From NCBI RefSeq assembly GCF_006345805.1, contig NC_043000.1, positions 13,082,001 to 13,146,000 of the forward strand: DNA of 64,000 nt. Direction: 5' to 3'. Below, piece by piece: positions 36,076 through 49,626 of the stretch. Numbering within the stretch: position 1 is the stretch's first letter; each line of letters begins with the position of its first letter. Below the pieces are notes generated by a model. It was not told where the DNA came from. It was given only the letters and a program-made list of their open reading frames with translations, and did no database searches. The stretch comes from Octopus sinensis. Lineage: Eukaryota. The position numbers were made by a program, and so were the translations under genes.

Positions 36076-36555
36076 AAGGCACATGGCTTAGTGGTTAGTG
36101 TATTCGACTCACGGTCGCGAGTTCGATTCCCAGCGACGTGTTGTGTCCTTGAGCAAGACACTTTATTTCACGTTGCTCCAGTTCACTCAGCTGGTAAAAA
36201 TGAGGTGTACCTGTAATCCACTGGGCCAACCTTGTCACATTCCGTGTGCCACACTGAATCTCCTTAAGAACTACATTAAGAGTACTCGTGTCTGTGGAGT
36301 GCTCAGCTATTTGCACTTGAGCAATGCACTTCATTTCTCATTGCTCTAGTTCACTCAACTGGAAAAAATAAGTTTCACCTGTAATTCAAAGGGCCAGCCC
36401 TGTCATACTCTGTATCTCGTTGACTCTCCCTGAAGACTACGTTAAGTGTATCTGTGTCTGTGGAATGCTCAGCCACTTGCACGTTAATTTCAAGAGCAGG
36501 CTATTTCGTTGATCCGATCAACTCGAATACACGTCGTCGTGACCGACGAAGTGCT
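36076..36555 (+). mobile_element. SINE family C (head C2, tail T1) with an internal duplication
   Basis: The block from CTCCAGTTCACTCA to CTGTGGAGTGCTCAGC occurs twice. Confidence 0.8.
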
Positions 36556-36571
36556 AGTTAGTACTATGGAT

Positions 36572-36779
36572 ATACTCTTTTACTTGTTTCAGTCATTTGA
36601 CTGTGGCCATGCTAGAGCACTGCCTTTAGTCGAGCAAATCGACCCCAGGATTTATTCTTTGTAAGCATAGTGCTTATTCTATCGGTCTATTTTGCCGAAC
36701 CGCTAAGTTACGGGGACGTGAACACACCAGCATCGGTTGTCAAGCGATGTTGGGGTGGGGGACAAATACAAGCACATAA

Positions 36780-36861
<82 letters not shown>

Positions 36862-36968
36862 TTACATATATACATATATACGACAGGCTTCTTTCAGTTT
36901 CTGTCTACCAAATCCACTCAGAAGGCTTTGGTCGGCCCGAGGCTATAGCAGAAGACACTTGCCCAAGG
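36572..36968 (-). mobile_element. SINE family B with an expanded (CA)n
   Basis: Consensus match; the head is truncated. Confidence 0.85.
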
Positions 36969-38264
36969 TTTCCAAGCTTAATCAATGTTGTTATTGTGCA
37001 ATGCCTGTGCAAGAAGATTTTTTTTTAAGTGGGGAAAGGCTGTGCACTGAGTCAATCCCACTCACTAAGCAACAGCAGCCATAATCCGAAAAGAAGAACA
37101 AGTCAACATCATCGGTAACCACTGAGCCGCAGATTTTATATCGGAGTTATCCCAGTTACCTGAGTTACCTTCTCCTAGAAGGATGCCCTAACAAAGGCTA
37201 GGAGTCCTTCACTCCCAATTGTTTAACCGCGCGATTGGGTATTCAGTCCGATTATTTCTGTGTCCCCGCGCATGATACAGCCTTAAGACATTTATTGGAC
37301 GGCCGTTGACTCTCAAGAGTTCCTCCGCCCTTTGACGGGTTTTGTTTTTCATCCCGTAGGGTGTCCAATAAACACCCTCCTCACCAAGCAAGCTTGGTGG
37401 GGTCGCCGGTTTAGTCGCCGACGACCCGACCATGCAACAGGTTGTACTGGGTTACATGTTACCAGTAGCACTCGAAAGTGACCTGACACATACATACATA
37501 CATGATCATATTAGATTTCAATACTATCCTTGGTAGTGGTATAATTCGCGCATGAAATAGCAGCGGGTCATCACCATTACAAATGAGTCTCAGGAAGACA
37601 CTTTGTGAGTGGAATCTTCGTGGTAACTGTATGGCATTCAACATCAGCACCTTTTACCCAGTATCACCCTCAGAGCATTTTCTTTCGCCCTCTTTACCAA
37701 GTTTTTCTCAATGACAAACCCTGTTAGGGCGTAAAACCATATTCCTGTTAAGCCAGACGACATTCAAAAGACGGCTGTTATAATATATTTTGAACTCTAG
37801 GAGTTTATATGAAGAATATTTGGCCTTTGTATTTTACCTAAGACATCAATGATTCTTTCCATTAGCTGCCTTGGTCACCCAAAGTGTTACCCACAGGCCG
37901 AGTTTCAGCTATATCTTATGGCAGGCCTCAGACAGGAAACCTTTTTCTATCTGCACCTCTGACGTGTAGCAGCACTATGTAAGTGTAGTCGAAAGCATGT
38001 CAAGAGACCGTTATCTTCAAACCAGGTCCTGTACCAAATAAGTACACTAAAGCGGACTCTACCAAAGGCACAAAATTACACAAAAATGTCAGATGGTGTT
38101 AAAGCAGTTGACATGCTTTGTCTCCTATTCCCAAATGAAAAAAAAATTGGTTTTCTGTTGTAGCTCCAGCACTAGAGAGGTTATCTAACTGGACTTAGAA
38201 CCTTCTTTGACTCAATTCAGTTGTTTGCAGTTTGGATAACCAGAGTGTAAAGACGAATCGACAT

Positions 38265-38486
38265 TGTTGCTGCTGTTGTTGTTGTTGTTGTTAAGCAACA
38301 AGACGGGTAAGGGTGATTAGGTGATGGTCTAGGGCTTAGGGGCCGGAGACCCCAGACCTTGGAAAAAAAAAACTTTGGTCGTCTTGTTGTAGTCGAGGGT
38401 TCTTCGTTGACGCCCGACACCACTGGGAGGTGGCCCTCGAAGTCGCTGGAAATGGAGATCTCCAGGTCCAAATTCTTGGACGGCTG
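38265..38486 (-). mobile_element. Retroposon family E, copy 2
   Basis: Same 5' start and tail as copy 1. Confidence 0.8.
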
Positions 38487-38904
38487 GTGCTGCTATAGAA
38501 AATACATGGCTTTTGATATGATTCTCTGAGATATGATACAAAATTAAACAAACAGTGAATGCACAAATTTAGGGAGAATGAAGAGGGTTACAAGGAAACT
38601 AAAAGGTGCCTCTGCTAGTTTAACAAGAGAGATAAAATCGTTAGGCATGACTGGATGGTTAACAAGCTCGCTTTGCATCCACAGGGTTCCGGGTTTAGTT
38701 CCATTGCGCGGAATCTTTGGCAAGTGTCTTCCACAGTAGTGCTCCGTAAACATCTTTGGCTTATATTCTTATATTCTTTTTAAAATTCGGTGGCACGCCT
38801 GAACTAAAAATATTGCTAAAAGTATAAGGAAAAAATATATATTCAGGTTACACTGCGGCACACCTAGCATCGTCTCGTAGCACACCAGTGTGTCGCGGCA
38901 TATC

Positions 38905-39200
38905 GGTTGCGGAGCACTATTCTACCGTAGCCTCGGAGCGACTAATACATTGTAAGTGAATTTGATTGACGAAAAACTACGTGGAAGCCGCACGCACATA
39001 CACACGCGCACACACTTGTACTTACATGTGTGTGTGTCTTTGTGTTTGTCCCCTCCTCCACCATTTCCGTTCGACAAACAGCGTCGGTTTATATTACCAC
39101 AACTTAGCGGTTCAGCAAAAGAAAACGTTAGAATAAGTACTTGATTTAAAGGAAAAAAACCCAACCAAACATAAATACTGGATTCGATTTGATGGAATCC
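38905..39200 (+). mobile_element. SINE family B, diverged
   Basis: Core and 3' modules are recognisable. Confidence 0.6.
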
Positions 39201-39230
39201 AACGAGTGAAACGAGATAAAGTATAAAATA

Positions 39231-39784
39231 TTGGGTTGTTCGGAAAGTTCGTGCCGATTTATAGTAGCTTACCTTTCGACTTATTTTAGTACATGGTTGA
39301 GTCCATAAAATAGGATTTGACTACATCTCCATTTAGAGCACAGTTTAAGCTATCTTTTCGTGGAAGAAGGTTTATGTTCCTATAACCTGTGTTAATTCTG
39401 TAACCCTTTAAAATGGAAGATAAGAAAGTTCATTTTCGGTACTTGATGCTTTGGGAACCAGACAAAAATTGCTGCAGCTCGGCTGGGATGTGTTACTCCA
39501 CCCTCCATATTCACCAGATATTGCTCCTTCGGATTTCCACTATTCAGGTCTCTGCAGAATAGTCTTAATGGTAAAAATTTTAATTCCTTGGGTGACGTAA
39601 AAAGATACCTTTATGAATTCTTTGCCATGAAACCCCCTCAATTCTGGGAAGATGGTATTTTCAAGTTAAAGGAAAGATAGAGACGCATTGTGCAACAAAA
39701 TGGTTCATATTTGGTTGATTAAAAATGTAATGGCAACCTTTTTCTTTCCTTTAAAAATCGGCACGAACTTTCTGGACATCACAA
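39231..39784 (+). mobile_element. Internally deleted mariner transposon
   Basis: TA TSDs; ~30-bp TIRs (..GGAAAGTTCGTGCCGATTT); MEDKKVHFR start fused to HPPYSPDIAPSDF motif. Confidence 0.92.
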
Positions 39785-40129
39785 TAAACTTGTACATAAT
39801 AGAATAGTTGAGATAACAGATCCAAAAATTTAATTCATTGAGTATTGTATAGCGTTTTGGGAAGATGCTTTGAAATGTGATGTAAAGTAAAACTCTTTTG
39901 TGAATAAAAATATAATTTTAACCTGGCTGAGGAAGGTGAACGAAGAGTATACTTTAGTATATGCTTCACACTCCTGGCAGCAGACGATAGTACATGAGCA
40001 AAGGAAACACTAAGGTCACCGAAAGAGATACTGGTATCGATGTCGACTTTTAGCCTGTCATCATCTTGGCCACACAATAGAGATAAATGATGAGCATCAG
40101 CGCTGGATTGACCATTAAACAAAACCCTT

Positions 40130-40338
40130 TTTATTAAAGGCACAAGGCCTGAAATTTAGGGGTAAGGGGGGGGGTGTCGACTAGATCGACCCAGTACACA
40201 ACTGGTACTTAATTTATCGGCCTCGAAAGGATGAAAGGAAAAGTTGACCTCGGCGGAATTTGAACTCAGAACGTAGCGGCAGACGAAATACCGATAAGCA
40301 TTTCTTCCAGCGTGCTAAGGATTCTGCCAGCTCGCTCA
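40130..40338 (-). mobile_element. SINE family A nested in a hAT-derived element
   Basis: Consensus match. Confidence 0.8.
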
Positions 40339-40683
40339 TACTAAGGGCATCAAAGGAAGCGGAGCACCACAGAAATGGTAGATGGTTTACGGCACAAAAA
40401 AATCACTTTAAACTGTCTAAATTTAATATTTGGGGTGCCTTACCTCTACGAAGTATAGAAGCAGATGTGTTATGTAAGATTAATTTTGAGGATCTGATCA
40501 AAGACTTTTGCAATTAAAGGAAGGTAGGAGAAAACTTCAAAAATATAAACAAAGTGGAAATATAGAAAAATAAACATTATTTTCCAACTTACTGTTAGTT
40601 TTGCTTCATTTTGAAAAATGAAAGATTTATTTAATGGTTTATCATTGTATGTATTTTGAATTACATATATATGAAGAACGGGT

Positions 40684-41065
40684 GGAGGCGCAATGGCCCA
40701 GTAGTTAGGGCAGCGGACTCGCGGTCGGAGGATCGCGGTTTTGATTCCCAGACCGGGCATTGTGAGTGTTTATTGAGCGAAAACACCTAAAGCTCCACGA
40801 GGCTCCGGCAGGGGATGGTGGTGATCCCTGCTGTACTCTTTCACCACAACTTTCTCTCGCTCTTTCTTCCTGTTTCTCTTGTACCTGTATTTCAAAGGGC
40901 CAGCCTTGCCACATTCTGTGTGTCACGCTGAATCTCCTCGAGAACTACGTTAAGGGTACACGTGTCTGTGGAGTGCTCAGCCACTTGCACGTTAATATCA
41001 CGAGCAAGCTGTTCCGTTGATCGTATCAGCTGGGACCCTCATCGTCGTAACCGACAGAGTGCTCC
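40684..41065 (+). mobile_element. SINE family C (head C1, tail T1), nested in a hAT-derived element
   Basis: Flanked by a TATATGAAGAAC duplication (about 40668-79 and 41072-83). Confidence 0.88.
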
Positions 41066-41431
41066 TATTCCTATATGAAGAACACCAAAATCTTTTTAAG
41101 CACTTAGGACCTCTATGGGTCCGAGGATCGATTGGGTAGGACACTAGGAAACCAGGGGGGTCTTCTTCTCCAAGACTGGGCGAAATCGCAGTGCAGCAAT
41201 TCCACCACGTCGTCTTGTACGGATGAGAAGGAAATGGAAAATTTAGAACAATGGGAGGATCTTTTCACTTTGACCGGCAGATTTAAAAATAATTTCTTTG
41301 TAACTAAACACTTTTAAACTTCGTATACTGGTAGAATGTGTCACATAAAACATCTTTTTCTCTTGGCGTTCTTGAGAAAATTATGTAGTTTGTAAGCTAT
41401 TAATAAAGAAAGAAATATATATATATATATA

Positions 41432-41618
41432 CTTTATTTAAAGCAGCAGAAAATTCAACAAAATCTGTTACTCTGAGTTTCTCGTTGCCGTTCATCAGAC
41501 AGTTTTGCTAGAATGGAACCGATATATCGGTTCCATTATAGCAAAAACTGTCTGATGAACGGCAACGAGAAACTCAGAGTAACAGATTTTGTTGAATTTT
41601 CTGCTGCTTTAAATAAAG
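41432..41618. repeat. Near-perfect 187-bp palindrome with no spacer, Penelope pLTR-like
   Basis: Centre between 41524 and 41525; 2 differences between the arms. Confidence 0.92.
41542..41591 (+). ncRNA. Minimal type I hammerhead ribozyme-like motif (mirror copy on - at about 41459-41507)
   Basis: Helix I 9/10 bp, CUGAUGA, CG-GCAA-CG helix II, GAAA, palindromic ACUC-A-GAGU helix III, GUA cleavage triplet; A.A mismatch at 10.1/11.1. Confidence 0.65.
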
Positions 41619-41690
41619 CATATTACTCTACCACTGGTATTTGAGTACTCTTTTTTTCCACCTTGTTTCACATTTATGTGTTTACTCCGG

Positions 41691-41725
<35 letters not shown>

Positions 41726-41754
41726 GCGTATACTTACATATACATAAATATACA

Positions 41755-42010
41755 TTATGGCTGCCCCCTCGTTATCGAGTATGGCCATTGTACGAAGCTT
41801 AACTGTTACTAATGCTGTGATCGAATGTGACTTTTTAGCCCAGCTAAAGATCTACAATGTCTTGTACAGAATTGGCAACTAATACATTTACCGGTAATAG
41901 CCGGCTGTAGTTGTAACTGGGCTCCATGTACCTTTGCATGTCGTTTAAGTCCTCCTGCCAAATTATACTCTCTTCCACATGCCCGACAGATATGATTAGT
42001 ATGGTGTGTT
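41755..42010 (-). pseudogene. RTE-type LINE 3' end with two C2H2-like fingers
   Basis: CRACGREYNLAGGLKRHAKVH and CQFCTRHCRSLAGLKSHIRSQH, then a short UTR ending ..CGAGGGGCAGCC-ATAAT. The 5' end is truncated at a (GT)n tract. Confidence 0.65.
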
Positions 42011-42046
<36 letters not shown>

Positions 42047-42281
42047 ACACACACGTGTGTGTGTGTATGTATGCACACACACACACACACGCGCGCATAT
42101 ATATGAAGCTATAGGGTGATACGCAAGCATTCAGGTATGAGCGCATTGCCTCTTATAAGAGAAACAACTGTAAGCTAACGAAGTTCATGACGTAACTTCT
42201 TTTCTTTAAACGTCTTATATATTTAATATTAATTTCTTATATATTAAAGTAGTTTAATTTGCTTGAAGCTTTTTATGATAT

Positions 42282-42510
42282 ACTCTTTTACTCTTTTACT
42301 TGTTTCAGTCATTTGACTGCGGCCATGCTGGAGCACCGCCTTTAGTCGAGCAAATCGACCCCAGGACTTATTCTATGTAAGCCTAGTACTTATTCTATCG
42401 GTCTCTTTTGCCGAATCGCTAAGTTACGGGGGCATGAACACACCAGCATCGGTTGTCAAGCGATGTTGGGGGAACAAACACAGACAGACACACACACACA
42501 CAACACACAC

Positions 42511-42551
<41 letters not shown>

Positions 42552-42678
42552 CACGACAAGGCTTTGGTCGGCCCAAGGTTATAGTAGAAAACACTTGCCC
42601 AAGGTTCCACGCAGTGGGACTGAACCCGGAACTATGTGGTTGGTAAGCAAGCTACTTACCACACAGCCACTCCTGCGC
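42282..42678 (-). mobile_element. SINE family B
   Basis: Consensus match with an internal deletion. Confidence 0.85.
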
Positions 42679-42938
42679 CAATTTGTAAATGTTTTTATTT
42701 ATTTATTTGTTTATTTATTTATTTATTATAACCCCAGACAATGCAAATTGTAATATATAATGAAAGTTCATGGTCTGTACTTTTACGCTGTTTTCCAACA
42801 TTTAGGGCTTGGAACCATTTCTTCAGGAAACAATTTCTCCGAAGATTCTCACCCAGAAGGGGTTCAAACAAGTTAAAAGTACAAACCATAGACTTGTATT
42901 GTTTCTTATAACTTGCATTTGTTTTAGCTTATGAAAAA

Positions 42939-42939
<1 letters not shown>

Positions 42940-43019
<80 letters not shown>

Positions 43020-43098
43020 TACGCGCACACACACACACACACATGAACACACACGTATGAACACACACACATATATACAGATATACACATTCACGTGC

Positions 43099-43144
<46 letters not shown>

Positions 43145-43472
43145 ATAGCTATATATATGTTTGTATATGTGTATGTGTGTGTTTGTGTGTGTACGTACAG
43201 ACATACACATGCACTTACGTGTGTGTGTATATATATATATATATATGTATATAGCTATATATGTTTGTGTGTGTTTGTGTGTGTGTGTGTTGTGTGTGGT
43301 GTGTGTGTTTGTGTGTTGTGTGTGTGTGGTGTGTGTTGTGTGTGTTTGTGTGTGTTGTGTGTTTTGTGTGTGTGTGTGTGTTTGTGTGTGTTGTGTGTGT
43401 GTTTGTGTGGTGTGTGTGTTTGTGTGTGTGGTGTGTGTTTGTGTGTGGTGTGTGTGTTTGTGTGTGTGTGTT

Positions 43473-43522
<50 letters not shown>

Positions 43523-43609
43523 TTTGAGCAGTCCGACTGGTGTTTCTCATTTTCCAAACAACTAACTGCCCATTACTTATATAATTCTCATCACAGAAAT
43601 TCTAATAAC

Positions 43610-43645
<36 letters not shown>
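42940..43645. repeat. (CA)n/(TA)n/irregular (TG)n compound microsatellite
   Basis: Read directly. Confidence 0.92.
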
Positions 43646-44239
43646 CCGTTTACTCTTCCAATATCCATTGAGTCGTCGCAAAAAAAAAGAAAAAAGAAAA
43701 ACAGTCTGTAATGACAGAAAAAAAAAACACAAGATTTTTTTTTTTTTGTTTAGATTCTGGAAAAGACAGTTTTTCAATCTTCCACAACTTCTCACCAGGG
43801 GAATTTTCTTAACAGTTTCCTCTTTCTCAAACTAATTCGTTGTTTTGAACGAGAAATGAATGATAAAGTTTATATCACGCCTGATATAAACTTAAGAATC
43901 GGTCTAGTGTTAATAAAAAGAAAATTAGATTTTTTTTTATATATTAGTTGCCATCTATTCTCTCTCACTCCATGTCCGTACCTCTCTTGTAGTTTCTGTA
44001 TTTTTGGGGACATTTACGATTGCACTTTTCAATATGACAAAACCACGTGAAGGCTATTAACTTCTAGAACTTTCCAGTCATGTCAACTAGTGCCATAAAA
44101 CAGACGAACAATATCGGGAATATTATCTTCTTTGGGAATGGAATAAACTTGATTGATTTTTTATGAAGAACATGGTGTTGAGATTGAATATTTCTTCATG
44201 CCAATCTATTTATAAACCTGCCAACACCTTTGCGTATCT

Positions 44240-44467
44240 ATCTTATTTTTTTCTCTCTTCATCTCCCTCTCTCTCTCTCTCTTCTCTCTCTCTTGCCCCT
44301 TTTTTTTTCTGTTTTGCATATTCTTACCTCTTTGCTTCTCTCTCCTCTCTCAACCACCTCCCTCTCTTTCTCATCTTCTTAATATTACTTTCTTCCACTT
44401 TTATTCACTTTTTCATTCACTCTTCTTTTGCTCAACCTGCCAGGCGTTCATTCGATCTTTCTCTTTT

Positions 44468-44499
<32 letters not shown>

Positions 44500-44906
44500 T
44501 CATTCTTTATTTCTTTATTTCTTTCTTCGACTCTCACTGTCTGTTTCTCTTTCTCTCTCTCCCTCTCTCTCCCTCCCTCTTCCTCACTCTCCCTCTGTCT
44601 CCCTCTGTCTCCTTCTGTCTCCCTCTGTCTCCCTCCCTCCCTCTTCCTCCTTCTCCCCTCTGTCTGTCTGTCTGTCTGTCTGAATGTTTCTTCTCTCTCT
44701 CTCTCTCTCTCCATCTCCCTCTTCCCCTCCCTCTCTCATGATCTCTTTCCTCTGTTTCACTTCCCTTCAGCTCTGTTTTTAAAACTTTACTCACTATTTG
44801 TCATTTCTTCTTCATTCACTCCAAATAGCACCACAACTCCTTCCGCGTCTAACTTCTCCCTATTTAACTTCTTTCTTATCTATCTATCTATCTATCTTAT
44901 CTATCA

Positions 44907-44938
<32 letters not shown>

Positions 44939-45063
44939 ACTGTCTGTCTATCTTCTTTCTATCTAATCTATCTATTATCTATTATCATCTATCTATCTAT
45001 TATATCTATCTATATATCTATCATATCTATATATATATATATATCTATCTGTCTGTCTATCTA

Positions 45064-45109
<46 letters not shown>

Positions 45110-45130
45110 CTCTATCTATCTATCTGTCTG

Positions 45131-45195
<65 letters not shown>

Positions 45196-46320
45196 TTTCG
45201 TTTGTTATTCATTCATTCTTCCTTTCTTTCTTTCTTCCTTCCTTCCTTCCGTTCTTTCTTTCTTTCTTCCTTTCTTTCTTTACTTTCATTGCCTTCTCTA
45301 TTTTTTCTTTTTTCCTCTCTCTCTCGCCCTTTCACTCTTTCAATGCTATCAATCCTTCTTTCACAAACTTCTCTGTACATAAGTGTATTACTTCTCCTCC
45401 TCCTCTCCTCCTCCATATTTTCCTTCGCCCCGGTGTGGTTTCTTCTCTATCCTTCTCACTGTATCTCTCTTTCTCTCTACCTCTCTCTCCTTGCCTTTCC
45501 CTTTCCTCTCTCTTTCCCTCTCTCTCTCTTTCCAATCTTTGTCTCTATTTCTGTTCCTTTCTCTTTTTCTCAGTCACTTCCCGCGCTCTCCTTCGCTTCC
45601 CCCGCTCTCTCTCTCCCTCTCTCTTCTCTTCCTCCTTCCCTACCTTCTCCTTCCTCACTCTTTCTCCCCTTTCTTTCTTTCTTTGTCCCTGTATCTCTTT
45701 GTCTCCCTCCCTCTTTCCTCCACTCTCCCTTTCCACTCTCCCTCTCCCTATTTATTGTCAATCACTCTTTCACACAAACTTCTCTGCACTTATAATCTAT
45801 CATCTCTCCTCCTCCTCCTCCTCCTCATACCCCTGCTTCATTCCTTTCGCTCTTACCGCTGTCTCTTTTTCTCTATCCTCTTTATTGTATTACGAGGGAG
45901 TGGAAGAAAGCTTCTAACCCCTCTCTCTACCAGCATCTCTCTGTCTCTATCACCCACTTTCTCTCTCCCTCCGCTTCTCTCTCTTTATCTCTCTACTTTC
46001 TCTCTTTTACCTTTCTCTCTTTTACCTTTCTCTCTCCTTCTCTCTCTCTCTCCGCTTCTCTTTTTCCCTTTCTCTCTTTCACCTTTCTCTCCCTTTCTCT
46101 CTCTCTCTCCGCTTCTCTTTTTCCCTTTCTCTCTTTCACCTTTCTCTCTCTCTCTCCGCTTCTCTTTCTCCCTTTCTCTCTTTCATCTTTCTCTCTCCTT
46201 CTCTCTCCCTCTCCGCTTCTCTTTTTCCCTATCTCTCTTTCTCCCTTTTTCCCTTTCTCTCCCTTTTTCTCCCTTTCTCTCTCTCTCTCTCATCCCATCT
46301 CTCCCCACCATCCATCTCCA
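44240..46320. repeat. ~2-kb polypyrimidine field: (CT)n, (TTTC)n, (TCTA)n and a degenerate 20-30-nt CT repeat
   Basis: Read directly. Confidence 0.9.
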
Positions 46321-46624
46321 TCATATTGCAGCTGCATCACTTGTTGAAATGTTTCTCGTGTTTATAACAAAGAAATGTGTTTTGATTTCCGTTCTTGCAA
46401 AAAGCAGCCGACATTTGATAATTTACCGCGCATCCATTTCTGACAGACGACACATACTGAAATAACAGTCATAGCTCGGCTTTTATTGCTTGACGTTGTA
46501 AACTCCTTATTCTCATTCTCCTCATCTGCTTCTTCGTACTCCACCTTTTCAGTCTCTTCTTCATTCCCCTACCCCGCCCGCCTTCCATCATCTTATCCAA
46601 CCTCCTCCTCTTTCTCCCTTTCCT

Positions 46625-46809
46625 CAACCCTTCTTCTTCTTCTTCTCTTCTTCTTCTTCTTCTTCTTCTTCTTCTTCTTCTTCTTCTTCTTCTTTTCTCT
46701 TATTTTCCTTTCCTTCCCTTCCTCCCGCCTTCTTCCTCTCCTCATCCACTTCTATATCATCATCATCATCATCATCATCATCATCTTCTTCTTCTTCTTC
46801 TTCTTCTTC

Positions 46810-46850
<41 letters not shown>

Positions 46851-47260
46851 TATCATCATCATCTTCTTCTTCTTCTTCTTCTTCTTCTTCTTCTTCTTTT
46901 TCATCATCTTCTTTTTCATCATCTTCCTCTCTCCTTTTTCTTCTTCTTTTTCATCTTCTCTTCTTCTTCTTCTTCTTCTTCTTCATCCATCATCATCATC
47001 ATCATCATCATCATCTTCTTCTTCTTCTTCATCATCATCATCATCATCATCTTCTTCTTCTTCTTCTTCTTCTTTTCTTCTTCTTCTTCTTCTTCATCAT
47101 CATCATCATCATCATCATCTTCTTCTTCTTCTTCTTCTTCTTTTCCTCTCCTTCCTTTCCTCCCGCTTCTTCCCCTCCTCACCCACTTCTATATCATCAT
47201 CCTCATCATCATCATCCTCATCATCATCATCTTCTTCTTCTTCTTCTTCTTCTTCTTCTG
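46625..47260. repeat. Alternating (TTC)n/(ATC)n triplet array
   Basis: Read directly. Confidence 0.92.
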
Positions 47261-47589
47261 CCATTACTTCATTCTTAATTCTTTTCTGTCCCCCCCCCCG
47301 CCAACTTTATTTCTATTTCTTATTTATATAATATATTTTTTTTCTTCTCTTTTATTTCACTCAGCATATATTTTTTTTCTTCCTCTCCATCACATCTTCC
47401 CGTCTCTTCTTTAAGACCATTCTTCAATGACCAGATTTCACGTCTTCAATTTTCCCGAAACACATAAAACCAGGAAGATACCGACAAAAGCTTTTAACAC
47501 TTGTCAAAGTCTTCACACGCTTCTAATAATATCCTCTCTTCTCAACCACCAATCAATCTTTCTATCCACATTTCTCTCCTCTCTTTCCT

Positions 47590-47831
47590 CGGTGTGTATG
47601 TGTGTGTGTGAGTGTGTGTGTGTGTGTGTGTGTATGTGTGTTTGTGAGAGTGTGTGTGTGTGTGTGAGAGAGAGAGTGTGCGTGTGTGTATGTATGATAT
47701 ATGTACATACACATATACACGCTCATGCATGCATGAGCATGTATATGCTTACATGTATTTGTGAATACACACACACACACACGTTCACACACATATACAC
47801 ATATACATATATATATACATATATATATATT

Positions 47832-47865
<34 letters not shown>

Positions 47866-48481
47866 CATACATATATATATGAATATATATATGTATATAC
47901 ATATATATATATACATGCATACATATATATATATATATATACATGCATACATATATATATATATATATGCATACATACACACAGATATGCATATATATAT
48001 ATATATAATATATATACATGAGTGCGTGTGTATGTGCGTGTGCGTGCGCGCGTGCATGCGTGGGATGTAAGAATGTATGCTTTTATGGATGTGATTAAAA
48101 ATAGCTATTTATACACTCGAGCACACACACACACACATAAGTAAAAGTGTATGAGTGTGTGAGTGTGTGTGTATGTATTTGTATATGTTGACGTGTATAT
48201 ATACATACATATAAATTTCATGCACACCATATGGAGGACAAACACACACACGCACAAATATGTATATATATACAGACAGGCATACATACATGTATACATG
48301 TGCACGCTCATACACACACACACACACACACACATATACATATATATACATAGATAGATATATATATACATACATACATATATACACACACATATATATA
48401 CATATATATACATAAATATATGCATATATATATACCTATATATATATATAATATATATTATATATATATATACACACACAC

Positions 48482-48529
<48 letters not shown>

Positions 48530-48629
48530 TATATACACACACATATATATACATATATATACATAAATATATGCATATATATATATATACCTATATATAT
48601 ATACATATATATATATATTATATATATAT

Positions 48630-48684
<55 letters not shown>

Positions 48685-48765
48685 AATATACATAAATATA
48701 CATAAATATATACATATATATATACCTATATATATATACATATATATACATATATGATATATTTT
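47590..48765. repeat. (TG)n/(TA)n/(CA)n compound microsatellite with internal ~100-150-bp duplications
   Basis: Read directly. Confidence 0.9.
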
Positions 48766-48869
48766 TGTGACTAACTCAGCACTGGATGGTCAGCGCACGT
48801 TTACATTCTCAAAAAAAGTGAAACGTGCCAATAGAAAGACAATTCACATAAGAGACAATAAGAACATCC

Positions 48870-48900
<31 letters not shown>

Positions 48901-49141
48901 CGTGTGGATGTGTATGCGTGTGTGTTTAGACAGAGGCAAATACAAGAGGCATGAATGCATGTACTTTCATCGTATGTGAATGTGTGTGTGTGAATGAGAG
49001 TGTGTATGTTGCTTATATATGTGCTATACACACACACACACACACATATACACAGACGTATTGCAACATAAACATAAGAAGCACGCATACATACACATGC
49101 ATTATACATGTATATTTATGTGTGTGTGTTTTGCTTATATA

Positions 49142-49341
49142 TACTCTTTTACTTGTTTCAGCCATTTGACTGCGGCCATGCTGGAGCACCGCCTTTAATC
49201 GAGCAACTCGACCCCGGGACTTATTCTTTTGTAAGCCCAGTACTTATTCTATCAGTCTCTTTTGCCGAACCGCTAAGTAACGGGGACATAAACACACCAG
49301 CATCGGTTGTCAAGGGACAAACACAGACACACAAACACACA

Positions 49342-49389
<48 letters not shown>

Positions 49390-49553
49390 TACGACGGGCT
49401 TCTTTCAGTTTCCGTCTACCAAATCCAGTCACAAGGCTTTGGTCGGCCCGAGGCTTATAGTAGAAGACACTTGCCCAAGGTGTCACGCAGTGGGACTGAA
49501 CCCGGAACCATATGGTTGGTAAACAAGCTACTTACCACACAGCCAATCCTGCA

Positions 49554-49557
<4 letters not shown>
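49142..49557 (-). mobile_element. SINE family B
   Basis: Full-length consensus match. Confidence 0.85.

Positions 49558-49626
<69 letters not shown>

Larger units (their letters stand above)
40098..41121 (+). mobile_element. Second copy of the same hAT element (3' TIR truncated), hosting SINE-A and SINE-C insertions
   Basis: Starts CAGCGCTGGATTGACC; SIEADVLCKINFEDLIKDF hAT dimerisation-domain remnant; homologous to 52312-53207. Confidence 0.8.

Noticed and set aside
37200-37740. GC-richer segment resembling LINE 5' UTR or ORF debris
   Set aside because: I could not assign a motif or fold, so it is left uncalled.
37864-37978. Possible plus-strand exon (TTAG acceptor to GTAAGT donor, one open frame)
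   Set aside because: No recognisable homology or partner exons; too weak to call.
40684-40760. tRNA genes at the SINE heads (also 7920-7990, 14500-14577, 27136-27210)
   Set aside because: They have A/B-box-like motifs but no complete acceptor stem or cloverleaf, and they continue into SINE bodies.
41809-42090. ORF with two C2H2 zinc fingers as a member of the octopus C2H2 expansion
   Set aside because: It has no TGEKP linkers, no start or acceptor (it begins in (GT)n), and it ends in a short RTE-type 3' UTR. It is better explained as a LINE C-terminus.
43260-43520. Irregular TG-rich tract resembling a yeast-type telomere
   Set aside because: It is a degenerate (TG)n microsatellite; mollusc telomeres are TTAGGG.
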